A model generated the notes under the pieces. The model had not been told where the DNA came from and searched no databases. It worked only from the letters and a program-made list of their open reading frames with translations. Source: Auanema rhodensis (lineage: Eukaryota; Animalia; Nematoda). Taken from it: a DNA stretch of 64,000 nucleotides. Of this stretch, positions 50,230 to 64,000 are shown piece by piece. Each line of letters begins with the position of its first letter. Position 1 is the first letter of the stretch. The position numbers were made by a program, and so were the translations under genes. The stretch covers positions 14,694,001 through 14,758,000 of the forward strand of contig OZ059895.1 of the NCBI GenBank assembly GCA_964057225.1, written 5' to 3'.

Positions 50230-53200
50230 TTATGGAGAGTCAGATGGTTCTTCCAATTTTGGAATAATTGGTATTAGACCGGCTTGTAATTTATCCAGAA
50301 ACTCGGCGATATCTCCCATGAAGTGTAAAGGAACAACGCTCACAGAGCTGTGGTCCTCGCAAAGGAATGTGTAGACGTCGTAGAAATTAGTCTGAAGAGA
50401 AAAATAGGTTAAGGATCTTAGTGGTATTGTAGTACCTTAAGCTTGTTGTAGAGACGGTACAGACGAGAATACTGGTTAGAAACCTTATGAGCAAACTCGA
50501 TCAAATTCTCATTGGAAGTGCTAGTGGTTGAAATTTCTCTTTCGCAATGGCGAGTAAGTTCGTAGAAAGTCTTGATTGCAGAAGCAACTTTATTGAAATT
50601 GGCTGGAAATCAATCGACATAGATTAAAGCTGATTGAAGCAATATACTCACTTTTGTAAACGGCTCTAATGGGCTCAGATAAATCGAATACATCCATCAA
50701 ATTTTGATTGGCCTGTAAAAGCTCAACAACTTTTTCGAAAATCTTAGTTCCGTCTGCTGTAATATGTTCAGAAAGCTGAAATTAGAATAAATAGGTTTGC
50801 GATGAGCTTAGCAGTCACATACTTCATTCAGTTTTGAAATTGGGAACTCCTGGATAGCATCAGCTGGCAAGATAGTGGCAAGGCTTCGCTTCACGTAGGA
50901 GGCAATATCAAAAAGAGATTTGTTCTTACAAACTTTGCGAGTTACAACAGTACAGTCAATAATACGCTGAAAAGAGAAAGGAGATAAATGGATCTGTTTG
51001 AAGGAAATTAAAACCTTTTCAATGAAATTCAAGCGTTCCTCGTATCTGGCCATACCAATCATAATGGCAAGCTTATCCTCTAATCTATCAATTTGGGCAA
51101 GCTGTAATACAAGTATGACACAACGTCAAGGATTCTGGGATCTCACCTCAACTAAGAATCGCTCTTCATCAGTTGTTATAGCATGTGGATGATCCTGAAC
51201 AAAGCTGCGAATAACCTTAGCATCAAGCTCATTAGGAGCAATAGTCAAAACTTTCTCGACCAAAACAGCAGGAAGCAAACCAAGATCCATTCTAAAAGAT
51301 AAGAAAGTTACTGCAATTCAGATTAATGTAAATCTCACTTATTCAAACCATATAATACTTCGAAAGATGGCTTGCTAGCCAATAGATCATTTCGAACTTG
51401 AGCTACTTCAGCAGCTTGAGTTTGATTTAGCAATGATGTTGGAGTGATATTTTTCTGAAAAGTAGTCGGATCAGAAAAGACCGAATGTGAGCACTTCCGT
51501 ACCTCCTCACTGAAAGAACGAAGCCACCAATTTTGTTGAGAAATGACATCATTCTTGTTGCGAATGAAGCTAATGAGTCCACTAGCATATCTGGAAATAG
51601 GTTGAGTTATCAAGCGTAAGAGTCACAGACGGAAGTACCGGGATTCGATTCTATCAGAACAAGTCTCATAGTCCTTGGACGAACTTGGCTCTGCAATATG
51701 AAGTGTTATATAGAAGTCCGAAATAAGTGTAACTCACTGTCATAAACAAGAGTCATTACATTATCAAGGTAATCATAACTTTGCTCTTCGTCAGAAGAAT
51801 CAGCCAAATTAAAAGGAATTGGTACATCAAGATGAATTTCGTCCATATTAAAGTACTTGAAATCGAATGTATCTTTGCAATTCAAGGTCTGAAGATAAGC
51901 ATATTGTAAATTTGAAAGCTTCAGAATTAATAGGATGTACCTCAAGAAGTGATCTTGATTCGTCTTTAGCAATATTGTTGTTGTTGTTGAAATTACTGTT
52001 CAGAATTGACGGAGCCAAGAAAGGAAATCTGAAATTCGAAATTTAATAAAGCAAACTTAGAATAATTCGAGAGATAGGGTCGAATATCGCCAGTTATATA
52101 CCTACAGTATATTTGTACATCCGAATGTCACATTTTCCATGTAATTCATTAGAACGTAGAAAATGATAAACAACTGACTATCATTGAGACAAACTACATA
52201 TACGTGTAGATATCCCTCTACGAAGCTTTTTTTACTGTTTTTGTCACAGGTAGACCTAATGTTTATCAGAAAAGGTAACTTGACGTACTTTCGTAAATGG
52301 ACTACTTTCGAAAAAAATTTCGAACAACTTTTTGTTTTTCTTTTTGTAGATCAAAAAAAGGTGCGAAAACAACTACAACATTAATGCTCGATGTTTGATA
52401 GAAAGAAAATAACAATTGGATTTTTAACATACCCATTGGAAGCTAATATAGGAAGTTGTGGCTGAGTCATCAATAAGAGTTCATCTCGATTACGAGATAC
52501 AGTTGGCTGAAAATATCATTGTTTTCAGAGAAAAAAAAACTGAATTTACCTTATTTTCTGAGATAGAATTCCGTCTGGCCATATCAGGTCCACCTGGTAC
52601 AATCAAACTAGAACTTCTCGCGAATTGCATATTCCCATAATTGTTTAAGCTTGCGCTTGCCATAGGCTTGCACTGAAAAAGGGAAGAAACTAGAACTGAT
52701 ACACTAGCTCTGGCTTACCACTTTCATTTGTGGACTTGCCGATGATCTGGGAGAAGGCCTACTTTGCATGTGTCTTCCCCTTCCACGAACAGACATACCG
52801 CGTCCACGTACTGAAAAAACTTTTTCAACTTTTGAAGAATATATCTAAAATTGTACCGTTGGGGAAGCAAACTTTCATGAATTGCTCAACTTGAGGAGCA
52901 TACTTTTCCATATAAGACACGGGATCTCCCTTAAATAGTAAACTAAGTTGATGTTAAGATATTCGAAAACTACCGCTAGGCCATGAAGTGAAACCATATG
53001 ACTTTTCACATTGTTCTTAGAATAAGTCGAGGCGAAATCACAAGCTGGACATTGGAACATCGGCTTTCCAACATGATATTGTCGTATATGGCAAGGTAAT
53101 TTCGAAGAGTGTACATCTTTTTGACACAATTCACAATATTGGAACGTACTGGGAGAACTCTGAACACTAACCATTAAACACACAGCCAATGAGCGAAATA

Positions 53201-56006
53201 CAAGAAAACGTGGGACAATGCTCATGTTTTGAAGGTCTCAAACGCAATGGTCTAGTTTGGAACTTGAAAACTTAAGCATACTACCGTATTTAGACATACT
53301 CTATAGGTTAGTTTCGTTTAACATTTAGGTATTAATCCGATCAATAAAACGTATGATAAATTTACTCACTCTTTTGCGATCGTGTGAGCCCTGTTGTTGA
53401 ATTCGCTGAACTTGAGCTTGTTGCTGAACTCTTTGAGCGATCTAAAAAGTTTTTTTTCATATTACTCATAATAGCTATGCAAACTTACATTAAGGAATTC
53501 ATTATGTTGCTGCAACATTTGCCAAAATGCCGACGGATCCAACGCAATCAAGGAATCCATAGGATTAATTTCCTGAAAGTAAAAGGTATAGGTTCCATAA
53601 AATATGAGAATGTAATCATAATATGAGAAGGTTGCGGAACTAGATGTAAGGAAAAAATGCGGTATATAAACAGTCAAGCTTAATAGCTGTCAACTTTGAA
53701 GAAAAGGTAAAAAGTAAAAGAAGTTAAGTAGGTAGTCCAACGATAGCTCATCTCTAGACAGATCCCACATCCATGAATGAAATAAGTTCCTCATTAGAAA
53801 GATACAGCTATCAGCGCTATAGAATATAATTCTAATAACATCTAGAGCAAAAGTTCTAAATTCTGGTTTTTTGAATAGATCACTCTGCTTTGAATGGTTT
53901 TCAAGTTTTCAAAAATTCGCCAAAAGAGGATGTATGAATTCGTTGCGAAGCCAAAACCTTGCCCATGTGCTTTGTCACACTTCCATCATCGCTTAAGATC
54001 AAAAATGGAAATAAGTAGTGTAGGCTAAAATATGCTAATCGCTGTTAAATTATATAATTCGCAATGCAGCCTAAGATGTGAGAAAAGCTGGATGTCACAG
54101 CCTAAGATATCTCATCTCTTATAAACCTCGTTCAAAAAGAACATTTCAAAAACTAAAATTTGAAAAACTTTTCTCGTTTGAGCTCAAGTTGGAGGAAATG
54201 TTGACAGATTAGGATGCAGGAAGAAAATAACGCTTCTAATTTTAATTTCGGCTCCCCATTACCTATTTCCTAGATCCGGAACTTCCGCAAAGCTCAGTTA
54301 GAGACTACAATATCCCTGCCATTTTTTAATAAAATTTGTTCGAAAAATGGGAATTAAAAAAACTTTTGTTAGGACAAAAGATAGATTGGTTGGATGTATA
54401 ATATGTCTCAGTTAACATTCAAATGATCTACGAACAGATTTTTGGCGATTAGGCTTTCCAAAATAGGCTTATGAATTGAATAAATTGATAATTTAGATGA
54501 TCGATGGCTATGCTGGGAGATTAAGCCTTATAAAACACAAAACTGAGCAGCATTTGCCTCGTGAATTTTAGTAAATCCGTAAATACTATGATGAATTATG
54601 TAAAACGTGCTGAAAGATTAGAAGAAAGGAATTGCAAAGCCATATAAGCAACTTGACGAATTAAGTCAATAGCCATAGTATCAAAGTAACCTTCACAGCG
54701 CTTAGATTACAAGAATTTAATTTAGAAAATGATGATTAATCTCCCTCACTATCTAACCTACATATCAGCTTAATTCCATTTTTAGCTTACTTTCGGGGGT
54801 ATTAAACATTGGATATCTGTTTACTAAATTAACAATCTGAGAATCGAAATTACACACCTGCTTAACCGGAAATTCGGCATTTAATGCGGGAATATCTGCT
54901 TTGATTGAAAAATCAGGACCTAATACAGGTCCACCATCACTGCCCGAATTGGAAGGAGCAGGTGGAGATGAAGCGTCCATTGAATCAGTCACAAGTTGGT
55001 TTTGTTGCTGTTGTTGTTGTTGAACTGCAGCGAACAAATTGACGAAATCAGAAGCGACTGAGGACGAGTCCGATGAAGTATTCGTTGGCGACGTCGAACT
55101 GAAAAAAATATATTAAAGATTATCCATGTTTAAGATGTTTATATCTTCACATAGGTCAAACGTTTCTAGAAAATTAGCAGCTAAGGCTCATAAGACTTGA
55201 ATCAAAAACAAAGAGCAGGTTGATTACCTCATCAGATCTGCTCCCACTGTTCGGGTATCATGAATGATAGCAAAATTAAGAAAAGTCATAGTATCGGAGA
55301 CTTTGTTTACTGTCTGGCGCTATAGCTATCAGAGCTTTATCAAGCTACCGACTAAATTCGAAAAAAGACTAGTCAAAGTTGGGTAGTAGGCATCCGGCAC
55401 AAAGTAGGAGGGGCTTAGGGCGGAGCTAAGTTCTACTATTGGTTTCCAAGTTCTATAGTTAGAGCTTACTCTACAAAAGGTAGCTCTCGCAATGGCTTTT
55501 TTAGCCTTTTATCCTTCTCTCACATCTATGTATCTTCGTAAAAGAGTAGGATAAAGAAATTAAGCAGGGCCTAATATGGATAATTCCAGGCTTAAACCCG
55601 TATGCGTGGAAATGACAAGAAATGCTCTCTTGCTGCTTATTTTTTGCCTTTTTGGCCTCAGTTGCAGTCTAGTAAATAACGGATGTGAATAAACACAGCT
55701 ATTCTTAAACCATCAGCTAATTTCCTAGAGAAAAATGCTTTAGTTCTGAACTAAATTCAAAAGTTTCATCACAAGTAGTTGGAAGCCTCGCTAAACTTGC
55801 AGCCTTATGTTCTATATAGATGATTAAATTGAAGCAAAAAGTCACCTCGAAGATACGGCTTCAATTAAATTTGATAAAGTATCTTGACATGTTTGGGAAG
55901 CAGCTGGAACGGCTTCCTCTCCAGATGATGTAGGCTCTGACGAAGCTTCGGGGGTCAGAGCCGGTTGCGGTGGTGATGGTGAAACACGGCTGCTGGCAAC
56001 CATCAT
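50230..56006 (-). CDS. fozi-1: C2H2 zinc-finger plus formin-homology-2 domain transcriptional regulator
   Basis: Q-rich N-terminus; fingers YCELCQKDVHSSKLPCHIRQYH and FQCPACDFASTYSKNNVKSHMVSLH; C-terminal FH2-like region (EERFLVELAQIDRLEDKL...FLIEFAHK). This domain combination defines FOZI-1. The 5' end may extend further upstream. Confidence 0.85.
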
Positions 56007-59000
56007 GCTACAAAGAGTCTAGTGAGCAAAATAGGTGTTAAAACGAAAAATTCAAGATTCAAGGAAGAAAACGACAAGACAAATGCAAAATAAAATCAAG
56101 AAAGTATGATAAGAGGAGCAAAATTGCAAAATCATTAAGGTATAAAAAACTAAAGAAAATCCCAGCTTCACAATTTTACTGCAAAAATATTAGTATGGAG
56201 CAGAAGGGTTGAATCTACCAAAAGCATCTACAGCCATCTGGCAAGCCGAATTCTAGTCTTGAGCTCAGGTCACAAAGCTTTCGACTGCTATCTTTTTCCT
56301 CATGAAGCTCCTCCTACGGGGCTTTAAAAGCCTTACGACGATGAATTCACATTCAAGATGTGAGTCAGATAAGAAGTAAAAGCCTTGCTTGTATATGAAG
56401 AACGAAGAGCAAAGGAATCAAGCTCAGTAATAACGTGAGACACCATGAAGAAACAGTGAATATTCAATTGTAATCACTAAAGTTCTTCTTCTCTTCCTTT
56501 CGCTTGAAGTGTCATTGTGTGATTATAATACACTCATCTGTCACAAAGATTCGGCTCTCTAAAGTATGATAAACCCAAACATAAACTTCATGTAACTACC
56601 CTAGTAATGAGGCTGAAAATGGTTGGTTAAGTTCACAATAAAGCCTGAGAGTGTTCATCATATTGGCAGAGATCACGGATTTGACACATCATGACAGATG
56701 AACAGCTGGCTCTCAGAACTCGGTACATCTAACTAAAAATGTTTAAAGAAAAGAAGAATTGGGTCGAAGATCCTGAGAAGGAAAATAGAACGAATAATGC
56801 TTGAAACGAACAGCTACAGGCGAAAGATACTTAAAAGGCTGATAAGAGCTCGAACACTTAAAAAAAAACCAAGCCAAGCTTTGTGAGATAAGAAAAAAAT
56901 CAAAATGAAACATTAGATAAGCAACAAGTCGCTAACAAATATATGTTTAGTATAATCGAGCCTAAATGTAATCAGCAATCTATACTAACAATTACAGTTC
57001 TTAAATGCCTTGTAAGTAATATGGGTCGCTGTGGGATTGCTTGAGCTTTTTAAATTTTGTTGAATTGCCAGCTTTCCACTGATCGTTATCTATTAGTCGG
57101 CAAATATGAAAAATTGGTACTATGCTCTATGTATTAATCGCTCGTTATAATTAAAAGAAAAAAAACAAAGAAAATGACGAAAATACCGCTCCAATTCAAA
57201 TACCCCCAAAAGGAAATTTTTATCGCTCAGGTCTTACAGTCATAAGTTGTGCTCCAACTCAATAGGCTACATATGTTTCTAACGCTCTAAAACCAAAGCG
57301 AACAAAAATAATGGGCAACGAAGAGATGGACAGCATTTTCAAGACAAAAAAGCATAAAACAGACCGGTGAACTAAAATTGACGCCAAAAAACCTAGTTTG
57401 AAGCATTACCGTTTATGCTAACTCTTATGCTAATTAGTCGTGTCAAGCACGACATAGATGAGACTATGCGGATGAGCAGCTGAGAAAAAAAATTATTCCC
57501 ACAACTTTAAGCAAACTTGAACTTAAAGATTAAAAATAAAAAATGTAGGACAAAAAGTAGGACAAAAAATTTTGTCTCCCATTTTAGGCGAATTGCCAAC
57601 CTTATTCGCGGACCACACATGCTGAAACAGATATGTGGGCGGAGCAAAAGGTCAACCTGCGCCCGAAAACACGTGCATTTCACCTAAGTTTTGCCTTTCC
57701 AAACAGCAAAGCCTTTTTGGGTTAATTAGTTGTTTTTCTCGAACATTCTTCATGTCAAATAATATCTAAATTATATATATTATATACAAATATATAGATA
57801 ATAGAAATCTGAGACAACCCTTGTTAGGCTTTGGGCTCAGACCAAAGTTTGGGGGAGCAAATAGGCGCAACGTTTGCGCGACCATTTTACAAACTATGAT
57901 GTTCTGGTCTCAATATTAGGATGTAATCTGGTTTTTCCCAATTTTTTATGGATTAGATCAAGCTATATACTATAACACTGGTTTCCTCTTTTTTACAAAC
58001 TATTCTTCAAAAAATGAGTAAAGGATATAATGGCAAGATAAAACTCGAATCAATTGGCGAATTTTCCTATATATATATATCACTTTTGAACAAAACTGGC
58101 CCTTAAGAAAAACTCTCCCCCCCCCCCCAGCCCCCTTACAAGAAAATGGAAAAAAGGCTGAAGCTAAGGGCTAAAGAGGAATTCGCTTCGGGAATGCTTA
58201 CTATGTCATCTATATAAAGTGCTTTTGTACTTTTATGGAAATTTCGTTTAGCTTCACATGTTAATAGTGATTTCCTTATATTGAAATAAACAACGAACTA
58301 CAAGTAGTAAGGATATGCATTACAGATATCTCTCTATTCAAACTCAATTCTAGTTACACTTTGAGATTTTCCTTAATTATTAAAAACAATGTAATTTAAA
58401 TATTCTTTCCCCACCCCTCCCCTCCATGATGAAATAAGAGCTTGGTCTTATATGGAAACGTTGGTTAGTACGAGTACGGTATGAGTCAGACTGTATTCTA
58501 TGATTATAACCGGAAAGCCATAATCTAATAAAATTCTGTAGTTATGCTTTATGAATAAAGAGATAAGGGTTTGATAAAACAAAAAACAACCGATCTGCTT
58601 ATATGCAACGAAAATATGAAAATTTGAAAACGTCAAGTGAAGCCGACGTGAACGAATGGGTATGCTAATGCAACAATAACATCTTCGCAACTTGAATTCT
58701 GACCTACTGTAGCAAGCAGTAGGTCAGCTTTCTGTCGAAAACTTGAGGGAAGCAGCCAATGGGCGAACGACTGCCTCAATGGCCTTGCTGGCTACTTGAG
58801 CTGCGAGCAACTTGACTAAGCTTTAGACGGAAAGCTTATACGGTAACAGCTTAAGAAGCAAATGTGCATCCGTGCGAAATGAAACGAAAATGTTTTTGAG
58901 TTTGAAAGTCAAATAAAAGAAAGTCCGACCAAGAAAAGGTTATTAGGCTTTTAAAAGGATGATATGTTAACTACGGTAGCTGTAATGTCTTCAAGTTTGA

Positions 59001-62000
59001 TTCCAAGAAAACTTGAAACTTTGTTATTGTCAACACTAATCATATAAAAACTATTTTTCATATAAAGCTCAATGATAGATGGTAGGTAGATCATCAATAT
59101 TTTGAACTTATTTCGAAAAATCTCGATGTGTATGCGTGTTTCCGCTCAGGTTGTTTATCATAATATGTAGATAAATGTTGCCGCAAGTCTCATACTGTTT
59201 ATAATTTTTTGAGGAATATTTTCCAAATTGATTCAAACATAATCAACATTTCGAAAACCGGAAATGAAAAAGATCATCAATACGATTAAGAAGAGGACAA
59301 TAAATGAAGAAACATGATGGTGATAGTCCATATGCAAGGCAGAGCTAAAGCTTTTGTGAATTCAAAACAACGAATTACTTTCCTATTTCTTCATCTTGTA
59401 GCTTCAATACATAAACTATCTTGCAAGAGCTTCATCAACACTAAGATGATACCACATGTTCGTTTGATAATGAACTTTGTTGTTGTTCAATGCTTCGTGT
59501 CTCTCCTATACATAACTGCTTTTTATGATTTTAATCGTCGATATGTTTGATGAGTAATATCTTAAGAATAGCTCAAATTTGCTAATGTGATTTTGACATC
59601 GAAAGATCAGCTGCAAGCTGATATATGTCCTGTTTCTTACGAATTATATTCATTTTGTTGAATTAAGCATATAATATTTGTAAACTATTCATATAAATAG
59701 CATAATTTTAAAAGAAAAAGTTAAAATGTATGAGAAACTATAGAGAATATAGGAAATTGAAATTGAAAAAAAAAGAAAAAAGTTGATCAAGCTGTCAAAA
59801 TTCATATATTTATATAAGATATGATGATGATGATGATGCTGATCATGATGATGAGCCCGATCGGATTAACGGTTGAGACCAAGTTTTTAAACTTTTTCAT
59901 TCATTTTCTATTTTTGGTATTCAAGTACATTTAATCAATTTTTTCATAGAAAGATGCATAGGTTTTCATATAAAATAACAAGTTTAAGCTTAAGCTTAGA
60001 TTAGCTCAGCTTAACCAAGTTTTTCATTCATGATTTTTCAAAATTAGATCTCAAAAATTTCTAATCTAGTACATCAAATCCTCAAAATTTACAACGTCAA
60101 TTTAAAATTTTTCTGAGAAGACACGATTAATCAAAACAATGTTTTTCTTTTTGCTAAGAGAGGGTGAGGGAGTGAGGGAAGGGGAGCCCAAGATGAACAC
60201 AGTACTTAGCGAACTAGAGGAGGATCAGTTGCAAAATGATTCTCAAGCCTTATGGTCATCAAACTTGACGAGAAGCAATGAAAATCTCAGTTCAGTTTCA
60301 CGATTGAGATAGCAGAAATGAATGAATGTAGAACCCAAGATAAGCATTACTATATCGAAACTGAGTATGAGAGCGGGTGGCAGGAGAGGTTTGGCAACAG
60401 CAAACGAAGAGACAAAGAGATGAAGCCTAGGCCTCAGCCATGGGGCATAAGCCCAGACTCGTACGAGGCTTAGACGGATTACGAGGAATGAAGCCGACAC
60501 AGCACATTTGGTGGCTCATCATCATGCTGTTATGTTAGCTGGTTGTAGATGGCTAGTTAGCTGGAGACTGAACCTATACTCCTGCAAGATGACAAGGCCG
60601 TATAAGCTACAATACACTGCCTCAAACAAACGTCATCAGAAGCGAGCAGGAAAGATGCTTGAAATGCAAAAAGCGATCAGAGCACACACGAGTTAAGATC
60701 TTTTCCATCTCAATTCATTTCAAGTTCTTATTTTCATAGAAGCATTTGCATGGCTTAAGCTTCTGGCTTATGAGTCAACTGAAAACCGTGACCGTCCGTC
60801 TTGTGATGGCATCAATAGATAAGAAAGGAAAAGCCTGCTTCTCAAACTTTAAAAGAACTAACATCATTGGTCATCGGAAGGGGAAGCATGAACAAGCCAC
60901 ATACCCAGAAGCTTGTAAAGTAGTTACAACTATGTACCTAACAGTAAGAAGAGAAACAACTCCTGGATGAAATCTAACCTAGCGCATTTCATCTTCTTTT
61001 CGTTTAAATTAAAAAAAAAGAAAGAAAAGAATTATTGATTTCTACTGGATGAAAAGAATAAGTTGAAGTTTGAACTAGGTCTCCTCCTAGAAGGCAGCTT
61101 ATCTTAATAAATATCATCTTCAAAGTTACTATGGATACTTAAAGATAGCTATTTTAGATATTTCTATCTAAATACTAATTCATGATTCTATATTTAGGGG
61201 AAAAGCATGATATCATTGCTTAACTCGACTATAATACAGAGACATGGATAGATACTGGCTAATTAAATTTATAAATTTTATGAAGGATATCTTTCATATT
61301 TGACCAAAATCACTACTTTTCTCATAAAAAATGTGAAAATAAGTTCAACTTACTGGATAAAAGATTCGAAAAGAAGATGTGATTAGACGTTGACAGTAGA
61401 GTGAGGGCAAAGGAGTTGAACTTGTTTTCTAAAACATTTGCTATTAATACAGGAAAAATAACCAAAAAATAAGAAAATTGAATGAAATTGAACGAAAAAA
61501 ATTGAAATTTTCTGGTCAGATCATGAACTGTTGGCTTTATAATCGGCTTATGTAACACCTAATTCATGTTTAGTTCAAATTTTCCAACGTAATCGCTAGA
61601 AGGTAAAAGGAACTCCATGGCAGAGTTGATGGAAAATTCTTTGAAATGTCCGGAAAATTGGATTTTTTCGATCACCTTTGCTCCAAAGTATAAAAAAAAT
61701 ATTGATTTATTATAGGATGATGTTGATGATGTAGATGATATTGGTACTAGTAGCAAGCTAAAGGAATAAGAGGATTGTGGATGAGCATCTGCATCTGTAG
61801 AAGTTACGTCTAGAAGTAGAAAAAGACGAAGATTTTGAACTTTTTATAGCCAAAAAGCATGATTATAGACGATCATCATGTTCTTCATTTTCTTTACTGC
61901 TGATACTGAGAAAGAAACTTAAGCCTATTTCGTTACAGACTTATAAGTTATAAGCCTCTCCCCCCCCCTCTCTCATTCTCCAATCTACTTCTCTTTCCAA

Positions 62001-62435
62001 TCTTAATACCATACAGCTTTAGAACTTTAAAAGGGCATAACCATATAATATATCTTATAGATTGATTTTCATCTTATTTATGAAATCATAATAAGACGAA
62101 AAAACAAAAGTTTCATTCATTTTCTATCAAAATTCATTAGAAAGTTAAAAGTATAGAGAACTAAAGCCTCTGGCACATTCGTCATATTGTCAGAATCTCA
62201 AGCATACCAACTCGATATGAACTAAAAGGCTTAAAAGCTGCTCAAGAAATTTTATAAATGCTTCGTAGATAGTCTTTTCTAAATTCTTAAAATGTCATAA
62301 AACTTGAAAAAGATTCCGGGAGGTTTTAAGGAAATTGATGGGCAACCTCCTCGCATTCTCCAACTACAACTTTTGCTTAACAGCATTGGGAGATATACAC
62401 AGTGGATGCTAATAATCGTATAACTCTACAGAAGA

Positions 62436-62436
62436 A

Positions 62437-62478
<42 letters not shown>
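62436..62478. repeat. (AG)n microsatellite
   Basis: Directly visible. Confidence 0.9.
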
Positions 62479-62479
<1 letters not shown>

Positions 62480-64000
62480 AAACTCATATATTGGAATAAG
62501 CTTAAGAACAAGCTTGAAGAAAAAATATAAAAAATGAATAAAACTGAATGTATTTGACGCCCATTTGGCTAAGGGAACAGAGAGTAAAGGTGTTCGTTTG
62601 AAAGAGAGATAGATAGAGACATGAAATGTGAAGAGAATTAGTTTGATGTGTGTTTGTTTCTTATCATAGAGCCTATACATACACTGGAAAAGAGATTGCT
62701 CTAGGGCATATTAGGATGTGAAATCAAAGCTTCTCTATACTTTTCAATGACGCGCAATGACTTTATCAACTTTGTGTCCAATCATTTTATGCCCTTAACA
62801 GCACAAACGTTTTTAAGTGGAAAAATAGTAAAATGGTAGAGAAGACTAAATGATATGAGAATAAGTTTGAACTTGAGATCAAAACTCAATTTGGGTGTGA
62901 AGACGATGTGTTATACTAGTATAGAGCATAAATGAAGTTACAACTTGATACAAACTTGAATGCCTATACAATGGTACAAAGCTCAGCATTAAGAGGCATA
63001 TATAGCAAATTATTTATGAAATAGTTATACGGTAATCTTATTTTTGAAAAAAAAAAGGAAAAGTAAAATATGGAGCAATAACATGAATAGGAATATACAT
63101 TCATACATGTATGCAGAGAAAAGCAGGGATGCAACCGCTCGTGCTGTCTTTCAGATCAAAAATGAAATGTTGTTGCACGTACGTGAATTCGTTTTCACGT
63201 AAGTAGCACGTGAAGATTGAAAATATAGGCTGGTTGGCAATGAGAGGTGAGACTTACTCAGAAGTGAATTTATCGTAATCATGATGTTGCTCATCTAGCC
63301 TCACCCCTCAGCACGTGAGAATAGTTGGAGAGAAGTGTGGAGGTAGGGTTGGGAGGAATGAGAAAGGTTGCACACAGGGCAGGAAGAACAAAAAAAATGT
63401 GAAATAACATAGAGATAATATAGGAAAAGTGGAAGAGTAATAAAGAAAATAGAGAAAGAATAGTGTGCGAAGGGAAACAAACAAAGACCCGGATTTCTGG
63501 ATGCTGGAAAAGCACACTAAACAAGTTAACAAATTTCAAAACACTGCTATTCAAACAAAAATACAAAAAGTAACTGTAGAAGTGAGAAAGTGCGCATGAG
63601 GCAGGAGAGAAATCAAGTTGGTTGCGAGGTAGAGAGAGAGAGAGATGAAGAGAGACAGAGAGAGAAAGAGAGAAAAAATAGGAAAAACACAGCAACTGAA
63701 AAAGCTTTCTATCCCTTAGATTACCCTTCATTCCCCCCCCCCTCCACCCTTCTAACTCCCCCCCCCCCCTTCTCTCTAGTTGCATGTGCCAGTTGGGCAC
63801 AGAAGATTCATTCATACAAAACAAAATGATAAAATTTGGATGAAAAAAATGAACTTTTTTTGCCAAAAAAAGTTTTTGACGAAGGGAGAAGAACAAAAAC
63901 GATTTTGTCAAGTTGGTGTCAACGAAATAAGGGCCATTTCATGAAAAATGATAGATAGAATGCTTCAAGGCAAGGCGTTAAGCTGCCTTCTTTCATGTTA

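Noticed and set aside
58699-58727. Perfect 11-bp hairpin CTGACCTACTG/CAGTAGGTCAG as a pre-miRNA
   Set aside because: The stem is too short and does not extend; at most an inverted AGGTCA-type protein site.
58448-63911. ORFs upstream of fozi-1, including the 206-aa ORF
   Set aside because: Low-complexity, microsatellite-derived translations with no domain motifs or coherent exon chain.

Overview
AT-rich, intron-dense genomic DNA of a rhabditid (clade V) nematode: ~45-50 nt introns, TTTTCAG-type acceptors, operon-like spacing, SL1 RNA genes. Many recognisable genes are orthologues of C. elegans chromosome III genes. From left to right: unc-32 V-ATPase a subunit (-, 3' partial, both sets of mutually exclusive exons), lin-9, a polyQ/AT-hook protein, a probable mitochondrial protein with a degenerate mariner in intron 1, a UGT, DHX35 helicase, arx-4, the mev-1/ced-9 pair, a promethin-like gene, lars-1, an SLC25A39/40 carrier, UTP11, a 5.3-kb 200-bp satellite, four tandem SL1 RNA genes without 5S rDNA, an orphan Cys-loop channel, two tandem degenerate Sar1-like GTPases, a cdr/FAX-family gene, and fozi-1 with about 8 kb of upstream non-coding DNA. 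Main leads: (1) a ~100-nt U6-like structured element behind an SL1-type promoter motif between unc-32 and lin-9; (2) the hairpin-packed satellite abutting the 5S-free SL1 array; (3) the Sar1 pseudo-GTPase pair; (4) a recurring paired CACGT motif. Gene models were spliced by eye, so coordinates span start to stop including introns, and identities come from recalled family motifs, not database searches.
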